Shown: positions 11,521 through 23,100 of the stretch, piece by piece
How the letters are laid out: every line of letters starts with the position of its first letter
Numbering within the stretch: the stretch's first letter is position 1
DNA from: Eimeria praecox
Taxonomy: Eukaryota
DNA: 64,000 nucleotides
NCBI GenBank assembly: GCA_963920595.1
Contig: OY986949.1
Location: 4,030,001 to 4,094,000, forward strand
Direction: 5' to 3'
Program-made: the position numbers and the translations under genes
Notes under the pieces: generated by a model
The model's database searches: none
What the model was told of the DNA's origin: nothing
Seen by the model: only the letters and a program-made list of their open reading frames with translations

Positions 11521-14111
11521 GCTCTTTACACCTGTTTTCGGGCTGCCTCCCTCCCTGGATGAGGCGTCGATCTTCTCAGCGGATGGGCGGCGACGCGCAC
11601 TGGTACCCGTTCATATTGGAGGAGAGTTGACCACTTGCCTTCACTTCCTGGATACTGAGCCGCTGGGCTCACCACACCAGGAGACAGGAGGAGAGGCAAG
11701 ATGCCTTTTGGAAAGGGACATCCTAGGTATTTGGAGTCGTTGCATTTTGTGAAGGTCCTCAGACATGCATCAAGACCCCCTTATACGGAGTTTATCCAGC
11801 TTGCTGGTGACGCTTGACGCGGGCTGCAACGTGGAGCCGGATATCCACCGCTACGGTTATGTGGTACTATTTGCCTATATACACTGCACGCTGTTCAGGA
11901 GAGCTCTGGGCGAGAAATAAGAATCCCTAGCACGCCGTTAGTTGCTGGGCGGAGGGCACGAATATGGCATCCAGAAATGAGATCTCTTTGCAGTGCCAGT
12001 GTGCACCTCTCAGTGTTCTCCACTGCCTTTTGTGAACAGAAGTGCCCCCAAAGTAGCGTCAGATCTCTTTTCGTCTCTCTAGTATTCCTGGGGGCAGGGG
12101 CGTATGATCATGGGGAGAGTACAGGGAGGGAGCAGTCTGGCATGTGGTGTAGCACTTCCTGCTACACCTCATGCGGCAAGGCATCTCTCCACTCAAACAT
12201 AATGCCCTAGCCGCCATTCGATGCATATAGAAACTCCGGAAATGATTGTTAAGCAATCATGCTGGTGGCCCTCACCAACAAGCATACACCTGCGTAGAAA
12301 TACATCTCCCAACCTCTAAAAGACCTTGCCGTAACCTTGCGACGGCTTCACGACAATCCCAAATTTGGGGCATAGGTTCCATGTAGCACCCGAATAATAG
12401 TGAATGAGGGCACTATGATCACTGTTCAAGCAATTACCCCACGCATTGAATTACAAGGACATTCTAAAGAGGGTAATAACCGCTGGAAGCCAAATGCAAC
12501 GCGCCGAAGCCACCCGTTGTGCATTCCCCGGCTGTGTTCGGCTGTGTTCGATGGTATAGACAGCCCATGCCGAAGTGGACATCGAGCAGCAGACTGGCGA
12601 TCGGCTGAAAATTGCTTTTCAGTCGATAGAACTGGCTGCCGCAGTCCAGTAGTAATTAGGTTATTGAACTGGCCAGAGGGCGAAACGGCCACCTTGATAC
12701 AAGCAAATCGACGTTAGAGAAGGTTACGGGCTTGCCATGGCTTCAAAGCTGGGATTCATGCACTCTCACTCCTTTGGTACGCGTCAAAATGCCTGAAGGA
12801 AACATGCATCCATGATGCATCAATGATCCATCCACGGTTTGAACAGGATTCCCCCACTTTTTGTCAACATGTATTCACTTGGGACTTCGCTAGTTGCATG
12901 GGAGTGTTTGCAGACGAGATGCTATCTTGCCGTATTGGTCTATTCCAGAAAAGTCAAGATGCCATATCAGTTATGCCTCACAGAAGAATCAGCAACCTGG
13001 TGAGCAGTAACAGTCAAAAGGAACAACACTGGAAACAGAGGGTGCTTCCACAGTTATAATAGGTGCAAAGCACACAGCCCAACAAGCTACCAACTCTGTT
13101 CGTGCTCAGTCTGCGGGCACCACCTGAAACTGCAAATTTTGGCGGTTAGGATTGCAGAATGCGTATAAGCATGCTCGAATGGAGCTGCACAGCTTCGCGC
13201 TCCCAATTGTTCTATTTCTACATCCATTGTAATTAATGACCGAAATACCTGTGGCCACGATACGCGTTCTTAGACAGCTCGGAATAAGGGTAAAATAACA
13301 AGAAGGCAAGAAAAATGGTTCGCAAGAGGCACGCAAGAAGCAGCTCAAAGGCACCGATACAGTGCATCATGCCATATTGTTGTGGAACTCCATTAGCCAA
13401 AGCAGGAAGAAATATTTCTTCCCCACCACAAGCAGAAGATATTTCAACATCCCTCAATATTGCATGCCTGTAGACATTTGAACGAATACTGTTTGCAAGC
13501 GCCTCCTTCGCACCGGACCCAACTGAAATGTAAACAGGGCCGCACTTTACCATTACTTTCTCATTCCGTTTTACTGTTGCCTGGGCAGGAGAAGCAGCAT
13601 TCTGCACGAAGAAAACTTAAATCTACTCAAATAGGCTGTCGTCCTCTCCCGCCTAGACATGAACCTTTACAAGAAGCATTTAATTTGGATCATGCCCTGC
13701 GACGAAACTGCCAAGCTGTTTTTTCGCGACAGTACCTGGGATGACCCAGTTAACTGCTGATGGAAATAGAACAAAGCAGGCAATGGAACTAATTGGCGTA
13801 TTTCGTTTTGGGACTTGAAGAACTGTTCCACCTTCGAGCGTTTTCATCGATATGGCATCGCTCGTTGTAGCAGTAACCAATCTATCGTTTTTAGACTGTT
13901 GAATCAAGCTGTATCTGGTATTTGTGCTGTGGAAGCTCAAGAGCTTCGTGCCACTGAAAGCAATGTTGGGGCATTTGCAAAGCATACTGTGGAAAGTGGA
14001 GCTACAACAAACTATGTATCTTTGGTTTGTTCACCATCGAATCGGTTATCTATTTCCACTCTGCTCACTGGGTGGTATGGTTATGCGCTCAGTTTTAGCA
14101 AACAGTCTTAC

Positions 14112-17100
14112 TTTATGAATTCAGTTGTATGCAGTTCCTGCAAGGCAAGCCAATAGGCAGGAGTGCGGTTTCGGAGAGGCAAACGCGCATGCTTGGAAAT
14201 ATGTGCATACCTGAAGAGTCAGTGCTGCTCGAACTGACTGCCGAGAGGCATGCACAACTCGTCATTGCCTACTGTAAGGCAGGAAGGAAACTGAAAAAGG
14301 GGGAAGTCTTGAAGTCTTCGCTCTGCCACTCAAGCGCCTGTTCAATCTCCTTATTGGTTTCACCACGCAGCGCCAATTTGAGCATATTTTGTGTGTCAGT
14401 TGACAGGTGATTGAACGCATTCGTGGCAATAAGTAATGCACCAACTCGTTGTAGGAATTTCAAGGGCAATATAGTGTCGAATGGATCCTTGACGAGGTGG
14501 TAGTTTGTCAAGCTGAAGAGAAAGTCGCAGCACAGATTCCTGGAACCTCAAGTTTATTTTTTACGCAACCGTCCATCCATCACGTACACACTGGGTTCCG
14601 TCCCTTGCGTTCCTGGTTTAAAGTTTACTGAAGCCAATTCTTTTGCCTCGGCTACACGTTGATCTCACTGGTGGCCTATGGTTCTCGGCACAACCAACCC
14701 AGTGAGTTTCACGAACTAACACGTATAAAACGAGCAACAGGTTTTGCTCGCGCATTCGTTGCTGCACGGAGCAGTTGCCGACTATCTTGTACCCGTACAA
14801 CTTACCAGTAGGCAAGCGTTCTCGTCCAAACTTCGCTAGGATTGGGGAACAGCTTCAAAGCGCCAGGAAGGCAGGCCTCTACATTTGCCGTTGCAATTGG
14901 GAAAGCATCGTTCCTGTCAAGGTCTTCAGAGAACCAGTAACGCCTCCAAAACTGCACCGCACACTCAACAGTCTCTTAACAAAACAATTTGTGGATCTTC
15001 ATTCGTCCCCACGCCTTCTGGCAAGCTAACTGGCTTGGGGCGATAGAAGATATCACATGTTTTAGCGTTAACTATTTTTGGACAAAGGGTCTTTTGTTGC
15101 TCTTTACAGTGTTCGTAATTAACAAGGCTGCGTACGCCTCAATTTGTGCCCTTTTCACGTGTGCATGGCTTGACTCACACGCATAACAGGGAGCAGAGTG
15201 TAAGCAGCTGAACCATTTTGGTTGTTTTCGATTCCTCGGAGAAACTCATCTTCACATGACTCTCGGAACGGAATATTCAAAGCACGCAAAGTTTGACTGA
15301 TGGCTTCCCGTCGGACCCCAAGCGGGTTGATAATGTGAATGACAGCTGGGCGATGAGAGCTTCTTGAAATTCTAGTCAAGATATCTGTTGAAATATCAAT
15401 GGGAGTGCTTATGAAGGGAGGCCCTACAGGCAATACTCCAGGAGGTACGACACCCTGTTGCAAGGCAGCCATTGTGATGGCAAAGAATGGGTTCCGGAAG
15501 TCGACCCTGCCATTACTGAAGTACATCGCTGAATTTGGAAGCCTATATACCGTAAAGTTAAACTTGGTTCTGATATCTTGTGAGTTTTTTGCTGCAGATG
15601 CATGCAGATTTTCTACCCAAAGCTGACATTTTGCAAGTACCTCTTCGACAGCCCAACGTGCCCAAGGGTAGCCCATGATGCTCGCTGGCATTTGGTTTTC
15701 CATCCTGTCCATCAGTGGCTGCGGAACAGATAGCTCTTCTAATATTGGCTGATTGAGGTCACCAGCAAATGCTGCGAAGTACTGGATATGCGCCGCAAAG
15801 TCTGACAGCACGTGAAGGTGTTTAGCCTTTCCTGCAGTGCACAACTCCACCAGAGGAAGAAGAGACAGGACATTGGCTTTACGCATTGCTTCATAAGGCA
15901 TTGCAAAATCTACAACCCTTCCAGCATGGTAAACCGCCTCAACTTTATTCGCCAGTGCATCAAATGTCGTCTGAGAGAGGCCCAGCCTTGGCGCCCTCAA
16001 ATCCCCGACAACTGGCACAACTTGCTCAAAGAACCGTTGCTTCCATTGATTCCCTCTCCCTATGATAGCATCCACAATTCGGTACATCGCATGCATGCGG
16101 TCCCGAGCTTGGACCAGACAGTATATGCGAGGGAAACCGTTTTGACCGTCTCTGCCGCAAGCAATTTTCTGTTCTAGCAAGCTTAGCAAAATCCTGCTGC
16201 CAGTGAGACCCGTAGCCCCGGTTAAAAAGATCTCAGAAACCAGATGAGGGGGTGTGCAAGGGCTCAAAGTTTCGAGGTTCTGTCTGCTCAACATGCTGCT
16301 GCAGATGCAGCCTGTCAAGTAGGCTACATCGTCACGGGGTGTTTGTTTCCTGTCTTGGGCCAGCAGTGCTGCAGCACCCAATAAGAAGACAAATTTCTGA
16401 GAATCCAGTGGGAAGGAATTGTGCTTCCAAACATGGCGCGTTACCTGCAAGCATACGCATCCTGCATGTTTTAAGATTTTGCCCAACACTGCTTACGCCC
16501 ATCTGAAATAATAGCACATTCCTCTTAGTACCGCCAATGGTTAAACCCTTTTGTCCATGTGAAAATTCTCAGTAGATGGAAATGTACATCGAAAAAGTGG
16601 AATCACCCACCTGCGGCGCTGTTTCAGGGTCGTCACCCTCTTCGGTGATAGCGGCCACTACTGTACCACCCAGGCCATAGGCAAGATTAGCACCGAATAT
16701 CTTTGTTTGGTCCCCCACCGTACAAATAGCCTGCCCTTCCCTAGTGTAAACTATCCTTTCCATGTCGAACGTATCAATATCTGGATGTATCTTGCTGAAC
16801 TGGATATTCGGCGGCACATAGCGATGCTTCAAGGAGAGAACGGTTTTCATGAACGCAACTAGTGCTGCAGCCGAATCAAGGTGCCCAATGTTGTTGTGTG
16901 CAGTGCCCACGATCAGGGGAGACTCTTTTGGTCGTTTCTCAAACACATGCTTGACTGCATTCATTTCTATAATGTCTCCGAGAACTGTGGCTGTGCCGTG
17001 CGCTTCGTAGCACCTCACCATGGATTGGTCAACTCCACCATCGTTAAGCGCCAGAGTCAGAACTCTGGCGAGAGCTCTAGTATTTGGAGCCGTCAAACGT

Positions 17101-20100
17101 GCACCCTGCCCATAATGAGATATTGCCGTGCCACGCACAATGGCATGCACGAATTTTGACTCTGACCGTGCAGCAGCTAGCGGCGCAAGCAAGACTCCAG
17201 CAGCCCCTTCACCACGCACAAGGCCATCTGCTGCAGCATCAAATGTACGGCATCTGCCAGATTTTGAAAATTGTCGCGTCTTGCTTCCACCCAAGAAGAA
17301 ACAAGGAACAAGAATCAAACTAACTGCACCAACGAATGCTTTGGAGCATGCTGAAAGCCTCAACTTCATAATAGCGGTATCTAGCGCTACTAGACCTGAC
17401 GCACATGCGGTGTCAACGCCTATGCTGGGCCCGATAAGGCCGAGAGAGTACGATATCCTATTGGGTATCAAGCACATCATACCTCCTGGCTCAGGGTATC
17501 CAGATGCTTCACCTAAGCGGGGTACACCACCATTCACCCCTTCTCCAATTGCAAGGATGCCGTTTTCTCCTTTGGTCAGACTGGCCAGTTGATAGTCATT
17601 TGTGTATGTTGTACAAAATACCCCTATATCCTGGCCTTTTACATCTTCCCGTCTATACTGCGCATCGACGAACGTTTCGTAAGCCACCTCCAGCAGGACA
17701 CGCTGCTGAGGATCAATATTCCTCGCCTGACCCTCAGTCATTTGAAAGAACTCATTGTCAAATAGGTGGGCATTATCAAGTAAAGCGGCTTCCTTTACGT
17801 AGCATTTGTTTTCATCAGGATCAGGGTCAAAAAGAGGCTGTATATTGAATCGCTGCCACGGAATATCTTCAACGCAGTCGGTCCCAGCAAGTAACATACC
17901 CCAAAACTCTTCAGGCGAATTGCTCTTTCCTGGTAGTCGGCACCCCATGCCGATCACGGCGAATGCCCCTTCCGATTCGCCTGAGAGATGACGCCTTAGA
18001 GCTGCTGTTCCGCTGTTGATGCTCAAGGCGGATTCCCCACAAAGACCTTCGGCGATATACTCTATGACCTCGCCTAGGGTTGCAAATTCGAGTAGCAGAG
18101 AAGCTGGCAAACTCATTGCGAGACGCTCTTGAAGCAGATTTCGAAGCTCAACAGAGCCCAAAGAGTCAAGGCCCAGCTCGTCCAAACGGGTGTCTGGATG
18201 GATTCCTCCATCTTTGTCAACCAACGACTTTGCAGCCTCGAGAACTACTGCTTCGATGGAAGCTTTAGATGGGACGTCCTCCCTAGTGTTTTTGGATGGA
18301 ATTTGCATTTCCGACTCTATTTCTGCCAGGGCTCGTGGAATATTTTGGTTGAATGCCTGGGAATACTTTTTCCAGTTTACATTCAAAGCGCACACGCATG
18401 ACTCCTCAGTTTCTAAAGCCAGCTCCATGACGTGTATGCCTTCTTCAGGCAAGAAGGGTTTTATCCCACGAGTCTTGAATACCCTTTCAAGCTTTTCGTT
18501 CCTCGTGACCATGCCTACATCATTCCACGGACCCCACTGAATGCTCTGGGCCTGAAGTCCTTGCGACCTTCGCCAATATGCCAGCGAATCCAAATATGCG
18601 TTGGCAGCAGCATATGTGGCTAAAGCATCGTTCCCAGGTAAAGCAGAGATGGAGGAAAAGAGAACGAACATATCCAGGTTGGGCTCCAAATCTAGTTCTT
18701 GGCAAGCGAGGTGCAGGTTCCACGCTCCATGTGCTTTCGGATTGTAAACGCCTTCAATGCTTCTCAGGCTGGAATCAAGAAGACTAGCTTTTCCCTCATA
18801 TCCAGCGCAGTGAAATATTCCGCCAATAGGAATGATTCTGTGGATTTTGGATAGCGTATCCTTGAGACGTTGAGCATCTGCTACGTCACACAGCATGATT
18901 GCAGCCCTATGATTATTGAGTCCTTCCATAACAGCCTTCCATGCTGCCGTTTGCAGTAAGCCATCAGCTGGCTTGCCAGTCCTTGACAAGAGAGCAACCA
19001 GTCCTGCGCCGGTTTTTACCAGCCACTCTGCAACGGTTAAACCTAGTCCCCCAGTACCACCAGTAACTATGTATGACCTATTAGGCTTAACTGCAATCCT
19101 ATTCCTTGACTGAGAAGTTAAACATTGCTCTAACCGGGGAGCCATGTGGCAATTACTCGTGATGATGATGTCTTCCTCGACTGACGCAGATGGTTTGCCC
19201 TTCAGTAAGGCGCACTGAGTATCAATCCAACTCCAAGCCTTGCTCAGGCATTCCAGTGAATCGTCTTCAACATTCACGTATAACAACGGGAAAGGCCTGC
19301 CACAAATTCTTTGAACTTCCAGGCGGCTTGTCCGGCACATTCCTAGGAGACCTGCTTGTCTTATGTCGAAGTCAGCTCCGTGCTTGGTGGGAGGATGGTG
19401 AGTAGGGACCCCAAAAGCTCTATTGCTGCAGCGTGCAACAACATAGAAGGGAGGGCTGAATCCCGGGTCGTTTTGTGCTGATCTTGAGTAAGCAAGGAGC
19501 ACATTTCGCAGTTCTTCAAGGCAGGCTGTGGGGCTGGATGACTGCCACAGACCACCAACGAATATCACACTGTCTACACGCCCAGAAGGTGGACGCGGAA
19601 GCGGGGTCTTTGACTGTATGCAGCCGGTCTCCACAACTCCAGCGTCGCCCAAGTCCGACAACTTGAGAAGGCTGCAGAAGGCAGAAGCATGCTCCTTGGG
19701 AACCCCGCAGAACAGCCAGTTCTGCGCACGTTCTGAGGCAGATTTAGGTAACGCGTTAGGCGGTGTGAATTCTTTCCACGTTATTTTCCACAGTGGGCCT
19801 CGAATTAACGGGGTAACCTGCTCAGATAAATCGGCGGTTGCCTGGCGGCGTTGCCGCTGTGCACTTTCGAATGGGAAGGGGAACCTCCTGCAGGAAAACG
19901 CGCAAGACAATGCTGCAGCGTTAAACAGCATAATTGCTCACGTAAGGTATGCCGTATTCTCTAGTGGGCTTTGAACATTATAGAGTTTGCAGTGACAAGT
20001 GCTGAGGTCAGAAAGCTCACTTGTGCTGCCAGGGGCACGCTAGACGACCCGACACCGCAGTGGATATTTGCTGAATTCGCGCTTCCAGCTCATGTCTGGA

Positions 20101-23100
20101 CTCTGAAGTGCGATCACGTCCTGCCAGTTCGTAATACTTCACCCAATTGAGTTGCCGATTCCCCAGAATCTGGCTTGCAAGATTTACAAGGGTCTTCTGG
20201 GGCCCGACCTCCAAAAATACGATACGATCGGAAGCAGCTGCCTTTACAGCTGCCTCGACAGCTTCTCTAAACCTCACAGGCAACGTAAGCTGTTCTCCCC
20301 AGTAGTGAGGATCTTGAGTCTCTGACGGTTCCAGCACCCTTCCACGCACAGTTGAAGCAATTGTGACAGCAGCTGGCTGCAAATTGACTGTGGCGACAAT
20401 GGCTTCCATTTCCGGGACGGCGCCGGCCATCAGCGGTGAGTGGAAAGCATGGGATACCTGCAGGCGCCTGGAAGTCTCCGAAACTCCAAGATGTTTCAAC
20501 AGCACGTCCACGTGCTCTTTGGTTCCTGAAATAGTGACGCTTTGAGGAGCGTTGTCTCCTGCTAGTGCCACTGCATTTAAATGTTGCATGTCGGTTGAAA
20601 GGGCTGATTGGATTGCAGCAGCTGGCAGCCGACAGGCAACCATGACTCCGTTCTGCTGTGGCTGTGCAGCCAACAATGAAGCGCGCTTCGCAACCAAGCA
20701 CAACGCATCCCTCCACCCCATGACACCAGCAACAGTAGCTGCTGCGTACTCACCCAGGCTGTGACCAACAACGACATCTGGCCTCATTCCACGTTCCAGA
20801 AGAACCTTACTCAGACCGAGCTCGACCGCAACAATGGCGACTTGCGAGTACCGCGTCTGGCTCAAAAGCTCCTCCATTGCTTTTCTGTCTGACTGTGCGC
20901 CTGCACCGTATATCATATCTTCAATGCTTTGTGGGCCGTTATCTGGGAACCAGTGCATTTCCTTCAAACAGGCAGTGCACTCAGCAAGCATATCTCTGAA
21001 TACTGCATTGTGATGGAAGTAGGCGCATGCCATGTCCAAGTATTGTGACCCCTGTCCAGTGAAAAGCCATATGACCTTCGCGCGTCCTTCTGCTTGATCG
21101 GTTGTAGTCTGCTCCCAGTTGTCCATCCATGTGGACTTGAAAGTTGGGCTCACCTCGACAATGGCATGTGCATTCGAGCCACCAAATCCAAATGAGCTCA
21201 CTGCACCCAACAACGGGTCTGAGTCTCGAATACCAAATAGGGAATCAAGAGGGATACCCTTGCTGGGGAACATGAGACCTCTGTACTTCTCATTCCTAGT
21301 TATGTCAATATGAGGGTTCAGGACATTTAAGTGCAAATTAGGGGTAGCTTGTCTGTGTTGCAGGACGAGAATGAGCTTGATGAGGCCGGCAATGCCTGCC
21401 GCGCCCTCAGCATGGCCCATAAGCGATTTGAGTGCGCCAACGATAAGGGGAGGGCTGTCTCCGAAGCCGTTGCAGTATACTGCTCGAATCGCGCCAACTT
21501 CAATAGGATCTCCCAGAGACGTCCCTGTGCCGTGCGCCTCCAGGACGGACACGTCTGCTGGCGATTGAACTCGGCCATCTCGCAAGGCTGCTCGTATTAC
21601 AGCTTGTTGGGCAGGGCCATTGGGTGCTGTTAGACTGGCGCTTCTTCCGACATGGTTGTTGGCAGCCCCACGAATCCACGCGTAGACGGACGAAGGGTCC
21701 GTAGATTGACGTGGGAGTGCCTTTAGAAGCAGCGCGCCGCAACCTTCGCTGCGAACGTAGCCGTTGGCAGATGCGTCGAAGGTCTTGCACCGACCATCGA
21801 TGCTGAGCATGCGTGCCTTGCAAGTCTCAATAAAGTATGCCGGTGTCAGAAGGGCATTAACGCCTAATACGAGAGCTGGGAGGTCAGGTGCTAGCATTGA
21901 GGGAAGGGACAGGCATAGGGCAACGAGAGACGAAGAGCAGGCAGTGTCAATCGATATGCTCTGGCCTGTCAATGAGTAGAAGTATGATATGCGGTTTGCC
22001 AAGACGGCCACGGCATTGGATGTTGCAGTGAATGCAGTAATGGATGCGTTGTCCTTGAAGACGTCTTCGTGGTTCATTGCTCCAACAAAGACACTCACAG
22101 GAAGGCCTTCTAGATCCTTTAGACCATATCCGGCATCAACTGCAGCTTCAAGTGCCACCTCTAGCGCAACGCGCTGCCGAGGGTCCATCTGTTTTGCTTC
22201 TTCATCAGATATATGGAAGAATCGGTTATCAAACAGGTCCATGCATTCTAGGAAGCCACCCTTCTTCACGTACATCTTCCCTGGGGAATCCGGGTTAGGA
22301 TCATATGACCCCTCTACGTCAAATCGATTCTCCGGGATGTCTGCAATGCAGTCTATTCCTTGGGATGCCATCTTCCAGAACCCGCTAGGGTCACTGCCAG
22401 AAGCAGGGAATCGACATGCCATTCCCACTACTGCAGCGTCTACTCCTGACGAAGTGTCCAAAGGCGTAACCTGTTCAACAACTGTGCTCGAAGAGGTCTC
22501 TGCTGGGTCTTCTTCGCTAATGTCCTGCAAAAGAAACTTGGTCAATGCGTCAACGGTTGGATGGTCGAATAAAACCGTAGCGCTTAGCCTTACATGCAAT
22601 GCGTTTTGAATTGCATCGCGGAATTCGATCGCGCCTAAGGAGTCGATACCAAGTTCCTGTAGAGGTGCATCGACGGTTATGCCTGCTGCGTCATTTAGAA
22701 CGGACTTTGCAGCTTGCAGGACGACTTGCTGAATGTGCTCACGCTTGTCCTTTTGCTTTCCCTTGCTCGCGTGCTGTGCAGACTCTAGACGAGGTCCACC
22801 ACGTGAGCTTGATGTAGCAGCCAGTGTGTTAGAGGCGGCTGCTTCAAGCATTCCAATCTCTTCAAGGACTTTAGGAATGGCAAACCTGTACCGCGGGAAG
22901 AAGCGACCCCAGTACACAGGTTGGCATCCTACGACGGACTCCGCATTCTGCTGCACCACAGCACTGAGGGTAAGCAAACCAAGAGCGTTCGATATACCGC
23001 CAAACCCCGTCTTTGCGAAGCGCCCTTGCAACTGAGCGGCCATGCCCTGCTCTACCCATGGACCCCATTGAATGCTGTGGGCAGCAAGTCCAAGCGAACG

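Noticed and set aside
7050..12300. Paired LTRs, PBS and PPT of the retroelement (purine runs near 7046 and 12090)
   Set aside because: I could not find a matching direct-repeat pair by eye.
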